Shown in pieces: positions 40,642-51,475 of a stretch of DNA of 64,000 nucleotides; within the stretch, counting starts at the first letter, position 1, and every line of letters starts with the position of its first letter. The DNA is from a bacterium (GTDB taxonomy: Bacteria; Zhuqueibacterota; Zhuqueibacteria; Residuimicrobiales; Krinioviventaceae). The DNA lies in assembly GCA_963675755.2 (NCBI GenBank), contig CAXXMD010000001.1:1-64000 (forward strand), read 5' to 3'. The translations under genes and the position numbers were made by a program. The notes beneath the pieces were generated by a model that had not been told where the DNA came from, did not search any database, and worked only from the letters and a program-made list of their open reading frames with translations.

Positions 40642-41405
40642 AGCAGCACATCTTGTGTTGTAATTTCGTAATCGCTGGTTACTTTTAACGCGATTTTGTA
40701 ATTGTCTACTTTGACAACAGTAGCCGTACCAATAGTAAAACCATTTCTTGATATCGTATACGTATCATTTACATTCATGGGGGTTTTGTCGGTAATCTGG
40801 ACAAGAATATAGTTTTTAACAACATTCACAATTTTCAAGGGGGTTGTGATCTGCATACCCTCATCTTTGACCAGAGGTTTTGACTGTACGGGTTTTTCCT
40901 GGATGGGTGCCGGTTGTGTAGGCTGTACCGGTTGCTCGGGTTTGGATTTGCCCAGGCTGGAACCAAGCTTGTCAAAAAGTGCTTGTTCCAAAACTCCTCT
41001 AGAATTACAATCGTACCAGCTTTTGGTTACCTTGGTTTCATACCCTTCAATTTTTACCGCAATTCGCACAGTTGTCTGTTTCTCTGATAATCTGTACAAG
41101 GTGATGGTGTAACTGTATTCCGCGCGGTTCCAAATACCCATACCTACTCTGGGTTTGTATGCAATTTCGTTCAACCGGGTATCTACATCTCCAACCAGAT
41201 TGATTGATTTGGAAACAAACTGCATGTTGTTTTTGTCTATAGACTCTACCGGTATATCCATCTCAGATATGGCGGATAATAATGCGTTCCAGACTTTGGT
41301 ATAAGACATGTCAAAAGTTTTTGAATTGTTGACAGGTGCAACAGATGTCTGCGTTGCTGCACATCCCAGAAACAAAAGCAAGAGAATTGGAATATATTTT
41401 TTCAT
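40635..41405 (-). CDS. Hypothetical lipoprotein (BamC/DUF3568-like N-domain, Pro/Gln linker)
   Basis: Lipobox FLGC; TF.MSY.KVW.AL. Confidence 0.65.
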   Translation of the reverse strand: MKKYIPILLLLFLGCAATQTSVAPVNNSKTFDMSYTKVWNALLSAISEMDIPVESIDKNNMQFVSKSINLVGDVDTRLNEIAYKPRVGMGIWNRAEYSYTITLYRLSEKQTTVRIAVKIEGYETKVTKSWYDCNSRGVLEQALFDKLGSSLGKSKPEQPVQPTQPAPIQEKPVQSKPLVKDEGMQITTPLKIVNVVKNYILVQITDKTPMNVNDTYTISRNGFTIGTATVVKVDNYKIALKVTSDYEITTQDVLLY

Positions 41406-41445
41406 AACAGTCCCGTGATTTATTGCTATCCTTTTTAAAATTCAG

Positions 41446-41476
41446 AGGGATCCGTTTATCAAAAAACGGATCCCTG
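41446..41476 (-). terminator. Terminator-like hairpin after pepF
   Basis: AGGGATCCGTTT / AAACGGATCCCT. Confidence 0.7.
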
Positions 41477-41482
41477 TTGAAA

Positions 41483-43387
41483 TTATTTGGAAATCAATTT
41501 ATCCAACTCGTCCACGGTTTTATCAAACAGTTCCAGTGCTGATTGAATGGCTTCCGGTTTTGTAAGATCCAAGCCAGCTTCTTGCAGCATGAGAACCGGT
41601 GCGTTTGAATTGCCGCCTTTGAGCATGTTTAGATACGCGTCTCTTGCCGGTTCACCTTCTTCTTTGATCTTTTTAGGCAAATGCAATACCGGATGACAAG
41701 CCCGTCGCATAGGTGAATACATAATATTTGTAATAAAAATGGGGGATATACGCCCATTCCATGTGGTCGTTTTCATCCATGGTGAAACCAGAGCCATAAT
41801 AAGTTTTGATCAATTCCGTGTAAATATCATTGAGTTTGTTTGCTGTAATGGGTTCACCTGCTTCGGCAAGCTGGTGAAAACGGAGCTCAAATTCTGCAAA
41901 CAGAGTTTGACGATAGATGGTTGTACGAATAGTCTCCAACAGTTCACTAAGCAGCCAGGCTTTTTCTTCATCAGACTTGGCATGATCTATCATGTATTGT
42001 GAGAGTAGAGCTTCGTTACAGGTTGAAGCGATTTCTGCCAGAAACGGAACATATCGCCATGACAAATAAGACTGGTTGTTCATGGAATAATAACTGTGCA
42101 TGGCGTGACCATATTCATGTGCAAGTGTAGATACGTCGTTAAAAGAGTTTTGAAAGTTCATCAAAACATAAGGATGTCTGCCATATGTTGAAGATGAAAA
42201 TGCACCGCTGTCTTTATTTTTGTATGGATAAATATCGATCCAACCGTTTGCGGGATCCATAGCGGTTTTTAACATTGTATTGTATTCCTGACCAAGTGGC
42301 GTAAGTGATTGTTGGATATACTGAACACCACTGTCATAATCCATTTCCATTTCAATCTGTTTAACCATGGGTACATAAAGATCGTAAATGTGAATGTCAT
42401 CCAGTTTGAGTGCTTTTTTACGCAACTCTATGTATTTGTGCAGTGGTTTAACATTAGCTTTAACTGTGTTGATGAGATTCATATACACTGCAGGATCGAT
42501 ATCGTCTTTATCCAGGTATGCATCGATAACCGTATTGTATCCTCTGGATTTTGCCAGAAAAAGACTGAATTTTGCCTGTTCACCCAGGGTGGTTGCAAAA
42601 GTATTTTCATAGGTTTTCAGGGTGCTGAACATGGCGTCAACAGCCGCTTTACGAACCTCGCGGTTTGGTGAATGGCGAAGCAATCCGTAATTGGAAAAAG
42701 AAAGTTGCACCTCTTTATCTTCTCCTTTAATCATGGGCAAAGGCATTTCAGAAACCAGTGCGCCAAAAGCTTTTTCAGGAGCGGCGGGCAATTCATTTAA
42801 ATCGATTTGTGCCCAGAGATTATCTCCGGCAAGAGATAAAATGCGCTCTTCATCAGGAGAAAGCACTCTGTCAGCTCTTTTACGAAGACTGTTGATATAC
42901 GGCATAAAGTTTTTAGTTCAGGGGCTTTGGATATTGCGTTTTCAAGTTCCGAATCAGACAAACCCAGTATGGTCTGACGTAAAATTGCGCCTTCCTGCAT
43001 AATCCCTTCAGTGAGTGTTAATGCTGTTTGGTGACGTGCAATTACGGCCTGATTGGTGGTTGCTGTTTCCCGCTGCAGGTTTGCATAAAGGGTCAACCGG
43101 TTAATGCGGTCATCCAGATTGAAATATGCCTGCATGTAATCGGCAATCCCTTTGGGAGATGACAGTGCATTGTGCATTTCAGACAATGCTTTTAGATCAA
43201 GTTCGCACTGATCAATTTCTGTTTGCCATTGCGCATTGCTGCTGCAGAGAGGGGTGAGGTCCCATTTGTATTCATTGGGTACATCAGATGCTTTCATGTT
43301 GGCGTCGGGAGTAAAGGGTGCAGCCTGGATTGTGAAAAAGGAAAGTAGAATCATGGTGATGGTCCAGTGTTCAATTCTTGTTCTCAA
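41483..43387 (-). pseudogene. pepF: Oligoendopeptidase F (M3B) with signal peptide, two frameshifts
   Basis: YKWDL, SGAFS, HPYVLMN, TLAHEYGHAMHS, AEIASTCNE, WAYIPHFY. Confidence 0.9.
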
Positions 43388-43492
43388 AATGACCTCCTTG
43401 TTAGAATGTGGAGTAATTTACAGATCAAGATACGTACAAAATATAAAAAAGGGTACAAAAAAAAATGATTTTTGTTTATCCTGATTGTTTCT

Positions 43493-43804
43493 CTAGTCCA
43501 TATGAAAAACTTCTGTCAGTGGTTTGGTGACCGGTGAATTATCCGGATTGGTTTCCATTATATCTTGCATATACGCCCACCATTTTTGAACCAGAGGATT
43601 TTTGCCCAGATCCTGGGATGATGCGCCCGCTACCAGTTGATACCCAAACAGAATGTTTGTTTCGGGATCGTAGAATATACTGTAATCTGAAACTCCAGTC
43701 TCTTTTAATAATTCTTCGAGTTCGGGCCAGATCTCGTTATGGCGCTTTATGTATTCCTGTTCATAACCCGGATTAAGTTTCATTTTAAAAGCAACACGCT
43801 GCAT
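43493..43804 (-). CDS. rhaM: L-rhamnose mutarotase
   Basis: EYIKRHNEIWPE, YSIF, KWWAYM.DIMETNPDNSP....L.EVFH. Confidence 0.93.
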   Translation of the reverse strand: MQRVAFKMKLNPGYEQEYIKRHNEIWPELEELLKETGVSDYSIFYDPETNILFGYQLVAGASSQDLGKNPLVQKWWAYMQDIMETNPDNSPVTKPLTEVFHMD

Positions 43805-43807
43805 GGT

Positions 43808-44572
43808 TTACTCCTGATTATTAATATTTATATCGATTATATTACAATTCCAATTGTTCTGGTTTAGGGCTGCAATTATTATCGCATTTCGGGTATCGGG
43901 GATTTGCGCCAAGCGTGTACCCTGGTTGTCCCAAACCGCACTTTTACCTGCTGTATCAATGCCACCGGTTTTTTCACTGTGATTAGCAAGAAACACCGGC
44001 ATTTTGTATTTTACAGCAATAGACTTAAGGATCTCAGCATCCTTGTCATATCCATTGGGTGTTATAAACGCCCCTGCAAGGTAAAGTGTTGCGCCATTTT
44101 GGGCGGCATCACGTGAGTGTTGAGGATTGGTAAAATCCGCGCATATTGCCTGGGCGATTTTGTGGTTGTTTGTTGAAATCATAATTTGATGATTTCCCGG
44201 AACAAAATATTCCTCTTCACCCGGGTGCAAATAGCGTTTGGTGTGAGTATCTATATTGCCAACAGGAAAGAAACAGAGATTTGCTATATTTAATTCACCC
44301 TTTGAATCCGGAACCGGGGCCCCTGCAAGGATTATGATATTATTTTGAACTGCCAGTTGTTGCAATGTGGTTAATTGAGGATCATCCGGTAATATACAGC
44401 AATCTTGAGCAAGTTTAGGTTCATAACCCGTTAAAGACAATTCCGGAAACAGAATGATATTTGCCCCTTCTTGGGCAGCTTTTTTGATATATTTTGAATG
44501 GATTTTGATGTTTGCGTTTATATCCGCCCTGATGGATGGCGTTTGAGCAATGGCTATGGTTATAGAATACAT
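43808..44572 (-). CDS. Carbon-nitrogen hydrolase (nitrilase superfamily)
   Basis: FPELSLTGYE, K..LHPGE, AICAD (E-K-C triad). Confidence 0.9.
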   Translation of the reverse strand: MYSITIAIAQTPSIRADINANIKIHSKYIKKAAQEGANIILFPELSLTGYEPKLAQDCCILPDDPQLTTLQQLAVQNNIIILAGAPVPDSKGELNIANLCFFPVGNIDTHTKRYLHPGEEEYFVPGNHQIMISTNNHKIAQAICADFTNPQHSRDAAQNGATLYLAGAFITPNGYDKDAEILKSIAVKYKMPVFLANHSEKTGGIDTAGKSAVWDNQGTRLAQIPDTRNAIIIAALNQNNWNCNIIDININNQE

Positions 44573-44669
44573 ACAGATTTCCATTAAACATAGGATTCAG
44601 AGTGAAATATAATAAATTATAAATTGGAAATCATGTTTTTTTACTGTATGTATCCATTAATTTAATGGA

Positions 44670-45284
44670 TTATATAGGTTTTACCCTGTATATGTTATTT
44701 TTTTTAGATATTTTCCCTTTATTGATACCTGTTTTTAAGACTTTTTCATATAATTCCTGATAATCATTACCAAGTGCTATCCCGTTTTGTTCCAAAATTC
44801 CATCTGAATTATTGTCGAAAAATGTGGTCTCGAATCCCGTTCTGTTATCAATTACTGTGAATTTATTAAAAGACTCATTTTGAGAAATTAAATGTGTTTG
44901 AACAATGCATGAACGTACATCTCCGGGACATTTATAAACTCTAATATAAGCAAGTGTGTGGAAACTTTTTTTCAGATTTGCCGATTGGAGCCCCGTATTG
45001 TAAATTTTGTTTGCTTCATCTATGCTCAGGTTGCCAACAATTACCTTGTCGATAGATTTGTCCTGATCATAATCAAAGGCACGTAAAACAACCTTGTTAT
45101 CAGATCGCTGGATCAACATATTACCGCCACCTCCGTCGGTAATGCGAGAGCTTAGTATTTCATAATGATTTCCGTTTATTTGAAAGGCAAACAGTCCAAT
45201 TCCTGTCTGTTTGGGGGGAGTGGATAAGCATCCCAACATAGAGGCGGTAACAAATATGATGATCAATAAATATAATGATCTCAT
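44670..45284 (-). CDS. Hypothetical lipoprotein
   Basis: Lipobox MLGC; two DxDxDG-like motifs (DYDQDK, DNNSDG). Confidence 0.65.
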   Translation of the reverse strand: MRSLYLLIIIFVTASMLGCLSTPPKQTGIGLFAFQINGNHYEILSSRITDGGGGNMLIQRSDNKVVLRAFDYDQDKSIDKVIVGNLSIDEANKIYNTGLQSANLKKSFHTLAYIRVYKCPGDVRSCIVQTHLISQNESFNKFTVIDNRTGFETTFFDNNSDGILEQNGIALGNDYQELYEKVLKTGINKGKISKKNNIYRVKPI

Positions 45285-45411
45285 TTTAGACCTCCGTAAA
45301 TTGGTAAAATTAAATTTTACCTCCTCTATCGTTTATAACATTTGAAACAAGAATTTCAGTCCAAAAAATATGCAATATTATTAGATTTTAAAATCGGAAT
45401 CATTGGTTAAC

Positions 45412-45765
45412 TCAACAACACGAATTGTTCTTTTCAACAAGAGGATCCGAATTACATTCGCAATTGCAGTCACAAGCAGATAACAATTCTTTAGGTGTGT
45501 TTTTGTAGATTTTAATGCGTTCTTTTCTGATTTCAAGGATATCCGCTCTATTAACAATGATATTCATACCATTTTTTGGTTTTGTACAGCAAGCACTTTT
45601 GATTTCACCGTTTACATCAACTGCGCAGATATTACAACAGCCCATACTTTTTCGGGATCTATAACAAGGTGCAGGAATTCGTATATTTAACCTGTCTGCA
45701 ACATCAACCAGGTTTTTATCATTTGATAATATTTCTGTTTTTATACCTTCAATCAATAGTGACAT
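45412..45765 (-). CDS. Stand-alone 2Fe-2S (Fer2_4 / NuoG N-terminal-like) protein with Cys-rich tail
   Basis: IPAPCY...GCCNICAVDV....SAC...GM.I; tail CDCNCEC...SCC. Confidence 0.78.
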   Translation of the reverse strand: MSLLIEGIKTEILSNDKNLVDVADRLNIRIPAPCYRSRKSMGCCNICAVDVNGEIKSACCTKPKNGMNIIVNRADILEIRKERIKIYKNTPKELLSACDCNCECNSDPLVEKNNSCC

Positions 45766-45779
45766 GATCTTTCCAATAG

Positions 45780-46610
45780 TTAATTAAAAATTTGTTTTTG
45801 CATGGATGTTGTAAAAATATGACCATTTGAAAACTGGTCCAGAATTTCTGTAATTAAAGATTCTCTATCTTGTTTGGGTAAATGCATAAATATGATTTCT
45901 TTGGGTTTTAAATACGTGTTTAATATTGAAACTGCGTTTTCTGAACGATCATAACGCTCCATAAAAATAATATCAACAGGTTCCAATGTACTGAATATTT
46001 GATTGTTCATATAAAGTGGTGCGTCACCCACATGGAGAATTCTTTTATTATGCAAGGTTACAACAAAGCAAAGGTTCTCAACATTCCTGTGACGATTTAT
46101 TTTTTTACCGGTTTGCGGATTAATGTCATAATATGGACCGTGATGAACTCTGGAAATGGTTATAGGGATATTATTGATGGTTGTATCAACCTTTGCAAAC
46201 AATTCCGGGGTGATCTCAACGATTTGAGCGACAATTTCCGGAAAAGCTTCCAATTCTCGCATTTTTTCCGCTGCCTGTGCAGGACACACCAGTTTGCATT
46301 GTTTGTTGGCTTTTAAAATATTACCTGTCAGCTCTGCATCAAAATGGTCCCTGTGGGAGTGCGTTGCAAAAATTACATCAAGATTATCAAAAGGAGGGTG
46401 GCCTGTTTTCATATTTTGAATAACCTGAGGCGCAGGCACATCGCAGTATGTGATGGTTGAATCATTAAAAGCTGCATCGATCAGGATTTTTTGTGTTGAA
46501 TTGTTGAGCAGAAAACCTTCATTGGCGATATAGGTAATCACTAGAGGATCTTTGGGAGCTGATAATAAATTAACTGAAATGATCATGATGATTAAAATTG
46601 AATTTTTCAT
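45780..46610 (-). CDS. Exported MBL-fold metallo-hydrolase
   Basis: TYIANEGF, THSHRDHF, LHVGD, FMH. Confidence 0.85.
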   Translation of the reverse strand: MKNSILIIMIISVNLLSAPKDPLVITYIANEGFLLNNSTQKILIDAAFNDSTITYCDVPAPQVIQNMKTGHPPFDNLDVIFATHSHRDHFDAELTGNILKANKQCKLVCPAQAAEKMRELEAFPEIVAQIVEITPELFAKVDTTINNIPITISRVHHGPYYDINPQTGKKINRHRNVENLCFVVTLHNKRILHVGDAPLYMNNQIFSTLEPVDIIFMERYDRSENAVSILNTYLKPKEIIFMHLPKQDRESLITEILDQFSNGHIFTTSMQKQIFN

Positions 46611-46619
46611 CTTTTACCT

Positions 46620-47156
46620 CTAGACATTTATTTGTACAATTTCATTTTCAGGAATTTTGAAATCATCTTTGATATATCCAACCTTGAAGCTGCTAGATTT
46701 ATTATTATCAAACTTGACTTTATTTTGATCTCCTCGATATTCCCTTATATGTAAATAGAAACTTTGTTTTCTATATTCATATTTATACATGACAAGCCAG
46801 TCCCACAGATCTTTTTCCAGGCCATGTATGTATTTAAAATATTGGTTCTCTGTTTTGTTTTTGTTTATATCTTCCAGGGCTCTATTAATTTTATGCTCTG
46901 ACCAGCCTTTTTTCTGATATTTCTTTTTTTGCCTCTGAGAATAATCCAATTCTGTATCAGATTCAGTACCATATTCCGGGTCATATAGACCGCATGAGCA
47001 AAATTCCATTATAATATAATAGCTCGAATAATTGTTTGGTAATGCATCAATAAAACATTTATTGTTGGATTGGAAATAAACAAGTTGGTCCGGAAGTTGG
47101 TTCAGCATTATTATATCCGGACCTTTGGGCAGACCGATATTAATAAAATAACACAT
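46620..47156 (-). CDS. Hypothetical protein
   Basis: GGGGG RBS; MCYF start, CSC, KY.KKGWS..KI.RAL. Confidence 0.65.
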   Translation of the reverse strand: MCYFINIGLPKGPDIIMLNQLPDQLVYFQSNNKCFIDALPNNYSSYYIIMEFCSCGLYDPEYGTESDTELDYSQRQKKKYQKKGWSEHKINRALEDINKNKTENQYFKYIHGLEKDLWDWLVMYKYEYRKQSFYLHIREYRGDQNKVKFDNNKSSSFKVGYIKDDFKIPENEIVQINV

Positions 47157-47179
47157 AAACCCCCTCTTGTGGATCGGTT

Positions 47180-48478
47180 TTATTGAATAGTCAGTTTGAT
47201 AACGATAAACGGTGTTACTTTATCAGAGTCCGGCAAACTGATCTCAAGTCCTTTTGGTGTGGATTTGTACGATACTTTATTGCTGTTTGATAATTGAACA
47301 GCAGAAGTAACGGTTTTGTTGTAATCCGGTAAGAGAATTTTTTCCTGCCAATTTATCACATGTACATAGATAAAATTATCTTTATGGGTTGTTACTCCCC
47401 AATCCTGCGGAGGTATGGGGCCGCCGCGCGTACCATAGACAGATACTCCATTCACATCCAGCCATTCACCTATCTCTTTTAGTACATCTATCTGGCGCTG
47501 TTCAATACGACCGTCCATCATGGGACTGATATTGAGTAAAAGGTTGCCACCGCCGCCAACGGTGTTGAGCAGAATGCTGAGGCATTCATCTGTGGATTTA
47601 AGTTTGTCGTTAGGCTTCCAGGCCCATTGCGTGCAAATGGTCATGCAGGTTTCCCAGGGTGTTTCCGGTCTGTATGCCCCAACTGTTTGTTCCGGGGTTT
47701 CAAAATCTCCCGCATAATCCGGGCTTTTGGTAATGCCTTCCATGCCTACCCGGCCTTTATCAACCCGGTTGTTAATTAATAATTCATCGTTCAGGTTACG
47801 CGACCATGTATAGAGATCAATGCCCCTTTCATGGGTCCAGGGCTCTTCCCATTCACCGTCAAACCACAGTACTTGTGTGTCATATTTCTCTACCAGCTCC
47901 GTAAGCTGGTTTTTCATAAACCGGATGTATGATTCCATATCCGGATTTTCTTTCATGATCCTTTTATCACCTCGTCTGACCAGAAACGGATAATCCGGGT
48001 GATACCAGTCAGCAAGAGAGTAATAGGTGCCAAAAAAGATACCCTGTTTGCGGCAGGCATCAGAGAGTTCTTTAACAATATCACGTTTAAATGGACCGTT
48101 CATAATATCGTAATCTGTAAATTCCGAATCCCAGAGAGAAAAACCGTCGTGGTGTTTGGCAACAAGGACGATGTATTTCATGCCCGCGGTTTTGGCTATT
48201 GATACCCATTCATCCGCGTCAAATAGCACCGGATTAAATTCTTTGAAAAGCTCATCGTATTCGTCTACAGGTACCTGAATGCCACGCGACAGGCTTATCT
48301 CGGTACCACGCAATGAAGAGGGACCCCAGTGGATAAACATACCAAAACGCAGATCCTGCCAGGTGTTTAACGATTTTTGGTTCGGTACAAGATCGGGATT
48401 CTTTTCAACCGTACCGACAGGGGATTGGCCTAAAAGCGGGACGCATAAACATAAAAGAAATAAAATTGTCTGTTTCAT
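47180..48478 (-). CDS. GH29 alpha-L-fucosidase
   Basis: RFGMFIHWG, KHHDGF.LW, YYSLADW, LWFDGEW, PWETCMT, NLLLN. Confidence 0.95.
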   Translation of the reverse strand: MKQTILFLLCLCVPLLGQSPVGTVEKNPDLVPNQKSLNTWQDLRFGMFIHWGPSSLRGTEISLSRGIQVPVDEYDELFKEFNPVLFDADEWVSIAKTAGMKYIVLVAKHHDGFSLWDSEFTDYDIMNGPFKRDIVKELSDACRKQGIFFGTYYSLADWYHPDYPFLVRRGDKRIMKENPDMESYIRFMKNQLTELVEKYDTQVLWFDGEWEEPWTHERGIDLYTWSRNLNDELLINNRVDKGRVGMEGITKSPDYAGDFETPEQTVGAYRPETPWETCMTICTQWAWKPNDKLKSTDECLSILLNTVGGGGNLLLNISPMMDGRIEQRQIDVLKEIGEWLDVNGVSVYGTRGGPIPPQDWGVTTHKDNFIYVHVINWQEKILLPDYNKTVTSAVQLSNSNKVSYKSTPKGLEISLPDSDKVTPFIVIKLTIQ

Positions 48479-48516
48479 CAGATTCTCTTTCTGTTAATGG
48501 TAAGCAATCGTGTTTT

Positions 48517-49164
48517 TTACAGGTCAGATTCATGCCATTTTTGTTCAAGAAACTCTACAGGATGGAAATAATATTTATTTAAATCATCATTGTCATAACA
48601 GACCCCCCAATAGGTACCATAATGCATAAAGGGGCGTTTGTTGTCAGGTTTTCTGGATTTTGGCTTTTTTTTCATTACTTCAAAATGAAAATGATCAAAT
48701 TGCCAGCCATATTTATCCAGTTCGTCTTTGCTCATGTATCTGGCAATCGGTGTTTCGGGATCGACGATTTCTCCCAAAGTGCATTCAATTCCGGCAATAT
48801 GTTCGTACACCGTCCATATTAATGTAGAATCTTTTTGTAAATGTTCAATAATTATTTGAGCATAGGGGCCGTCATCTCTCAGGCTGATCACCTTGCCTTT
48901 AGCAGCCGTATAGACCGGCTCATCCGTATAATTTTTAGATGGGCGTTTAAAATCTACTCCCGTGTGCAGATGTTCAGGCACATTAGGTCGTGCTTTACGA
49001 ACCAAACCGAATTTCCCAATCCCCGTGAGTTTTACAGCCTGGGAGGATTGCCGGTTATCGCTGTTAAAGGGCAGGTACCATTTTAGCGGAGCAGCCGCGA
49101 ATGTTAAATTAGTGTTTATTATTAAACAGATGAATACAGCAAGGAGGCATAATCGTTTTCGCAT
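48517..49164 (-). CDS. M23 family metallopeptidase
   Basis: Signal peptide; HTGVD, YEH, HFHFEV. Confidence 0.85.
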   Translation of the reverse strand: MRKRLCLLAVFICLIINTNLTFAAAPLKWYLPFNSDNRQSSQAVKLTGIGKFGLVRKARPNVPEHLHTGVDFKRPSKNYTDEPVYTAAKGKVISLRDDGPYAQIIIEHLQKDSTLIWTVYEHIAGIECTLGEIVDPETPIARYMSKDELDKYGWQFDHFHFEVMKKKPKSRKPDNKRPFMHYGTYWGVCYDNDDLNKYYFHPVEFLEQKWHESDL

Positions 49165-49180
49165 TTTCTTTTTTCCTTTT

Positions 49181-50056
49181 TCAAATCTTGCTTGTTTTTT
49201 TGATATAGAATGTACTTTCAATAGTATAAATAATTAAAGCCAGCCAGATAAAAGATAAACCCGTTAGCTTTGCTTTATCAAGCGTTTCGTGATAGATCAA
49301 GAGTCCTGTTAAAAAAATCATTGTAGGATATATATATTGCAAAATACCTACTACAGACAAGCTGATGAGTCTTGCGCCTGTAATAAATATTAGTAATGGC
49401 AATCCGCTAATTACTCCTGCACCAATTAACAATAGAGTATATGTTGATGTATCAAAAAAATGAAATGAATTGTCTTGATATAACATAAAAAGATAAGTAA
49501 TGGATAATAGCGACAAGATTAAAGTCTCTAAAGTTAATCCTTCTACAGAGCTGAGTGGCGATTTTTTTCGTAATAGTCCATAAGTACCCCAGGTTACAGC
49601 AAGGTACATGGAAATCCATGGGAATTGACCATATAAAACAGTCATAATAACTACACCAAATGCTGCAATTGATACAGATAACCACTGTATTTTGCGCAAT
49701 TTTTCATGTAGAAAAAAGATGCCGAGAAAAATGCTGACCAATGGGCAGATAAAATAACCAAGACTGGTCTCAATAATATAACCGGTGTTAACTGCCCAAA
49801 TATACATACCCCAATTTGAACCAATTAAAAAAGCAGGAACTATTATGATCCATTTGTTACGGGTAGAGATAAATTTGGAATAGAGTGATTTCCAACCGTT
49901 TTTAGTAGAGATGATTATTGTAAAGAATATAAAAGACCAGAATATTCGATGAGCCAGTATTTCGGTGGCAGGAATACTTTTTAATGTTTTCCAGTAAACG
50001 GGGTGTAATCCCCAGAAAATATATGCACTTGTAGCGTATATTGTTCCTCGGTTCAT
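49181..50056 (-). CDS. rarD: EamA family transporter RarD
   Basis: EILAHRIFWS, NW..YIWAVN, SLGYFI.PL, GILQYI.PT. Confidence 0.92.
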   Translation of the reverse strand: MNRGTIYATSAYIFWGLHPVYWKTLKSIPATEILAHRIFWSFIFFTIIISTKNGWKSLYSKFISTRNKWIIIVPAFLIGSNWGMYIWAVNTGYIIETSLGYFICPLVSIFLGIFFLHEKLRKIQWLSVSIAAFGVVIMTVLYGQFPWISMYLAVTWGTYGLLRKKSPLSSVEGLTLETLILSLLSITYLFMLYQDNSFHFFDTSTYTLLLIGAGVISGLPLLIFITGARLISLSVVGILQYIYPTMIFLTGLLIYHETLDKAKLTGLSFIWLALIIYTIESTFYIKKTSKI

Positions 50057-50253
50057 TGTTTATTCTTTCAATTCTAGAAAATGATAGTCTAGTATGTTAA
50101 AAAACTGCATCCCCCCGATAGAAAACTAATATAATGCATGAAATTTTGAAAAACAACAAGTGTAAAGAAATGATCAAAAATATTTGGGAAATTAAATGTA
50201 TGATCAGGTGGGACTGGATGAATACCCATATATCAAGTTTTTATAATCAGAAT

Positions 50254-50769
50254 TTATCTGCTAAAAGACATTTTTTTGTTTCTTATGTGGTTAAACCATC
50301 TGTCTAATGCAAAGAGCAGCGCAAGAATAATCAATGCAAGTACAGGTATAGGTGTATTGAATTCTATTGATTGCAATTGATTGCCCAGATTCTGTAAAAA
50401 TGGCTGCAATTCGACCGATTCGGTATGTGGTGTGGTAATTACATCCTGTACCAATTGTTTTGTATCCACATAATAAAAAGAAACATTGATAGCCACAATT
50501 ACTACAAATAAAGCAATAAACATGTGAAGCAGATTGAAATGTACTTTGCCCATTGTTGCGATGTTGGTTTTTTTGATTACATCGCTGGTAAAACCGGTGG
50601 ACAACTGTATGTCCTGGTCGTATTCAAGGGACGCATAGAGTGAACGGTATTGATCAAGAGAATCGCGTAAAGCACGATTTTTACCCAGTTCAATTTCGAA
50701 CCGTTCTTCCATATCCGGAGGCATGTTGCCGTCCAGATAATTCTGTATGTCATGATCTGTAAAGTTCAT
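50254..50769 (-). CDS. Putative membrane anti-sigma factor
   Basis: Overlaps the ECF stop codon; IQNYLDG N-domain and two TM segments. Confidence 0.72.
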   Translation of the reverse strand: MNFTDHDIQNYLDGNMPPDMEERFEIELGKNRALRDSLDQYRSLYASLEYDQDIQLSTGFTSDVIKKTNIATMGKVHFNLLHMFIALFVVIVAINVSFYYVDTKQLVQDVITTPHTESVELQPFLQNLGNQLQSIEFNTPIPVLALIILALLFALDRWFNHIRNKKMSFSR

Positions 50770-51347
50770 TCGTTATATAGATCCTCTGTTTTATATTGTG
50801 CCACCAGTTGTTCTTTTAGCATTTTGCGGGCACGAAATAAATAATTTTTAACAGTGCCTTCGGGCATGTTCATGATCTCACCGATTTCGTAATAACTCAT
50901 TTCCTGCAGGTGATAGAGGGATAGTACACTGCGATATTTAATGGGCAGCTTTTTGATTTCCTGCTCTAGTTTATTATGGGCGTCTCTGTTTTCAAGTTCT
51001 GTTTCGGGAGTTGGGCTGTAACCTTGCAGGTGGTCAAGAGTCATGTCTTCCGGGGCAATATCACTATAGAGAGCAGCTTTTTTCTTTTGCAAATAATTGA
51101 TACATGTGTTATATGCAATACGAGCTATCCAGGTGGAGACTTTGCTTTCAAACTGAAAGGTATGTAAATTTTGATATATTTTTACAAAAACATCCTGGCA
51201 TAAATCTTCCCGGTCTTCAGGTATGTGTACCAGTCTGAAAACAATGTGAGATACCAGGTTTTTATAATCATCTACAAAAGCACGAAAAGACCGGGTGCTA
51301 CCCTCCAGTATACTTTTAATGCGCTCTTGTTCCAGGTTTTGTTTCAT
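50766..51347 (-). CDS. ECF RNA polymerase sigma factor (SigW/RpoE-like)
   Basis: EDLCQDVFVK, STWIARIAYN, SYYEIGEIMNMPEGTVKNYLFRAR. Confidence 0.93.
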   Translation of the reverse strand: MKQNLEQERIKSILEGSTRSFRAFVDDYKNLVSHIVFRLVHIPEDREDLCQDVFVKIYQNLHTFQFESKVSTWIARIAYNTCINYLQKKKAALYSDIAPEDMTLDHLQGYSPTPETELENRDAHNKLEQEIKKLPIKYRSVLSLYHLQEMSYYEIGEIMNMPEGTVKNYLFRARKMLKEQLVAQYKTEDLYNE

Positions 51348-51355
51348 ATTATAAT

Positions 51356-51429
51356 AGACCTTCAAGTCTTTATAATGTTGCATACGAAATTTAAAAAAAA
51401 TGTGCAACCTTTTTTTTGGTTTTCTGTCT
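51356..51429. promoter_or_regulatory. Divergent pair of ECF promoters TGCAAC-N17-GTCT
   Basis: Minus: TGCAAC 51382-51377, GTCT 51359-51356; plus: TGCAAC 51403-51408, GTCT 51426-51429. Confidence 0.75.
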
Positions 51430-51475
51430 GATATTTATAGAAAGAGCAAAGAAATTTTAAATAAGGAGAATAATC

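Noticed and set aside
43493-47156. Integron cassette array of short co-oriented genes
   Set aside because: No attC-like inverted cores between genes and no integrase
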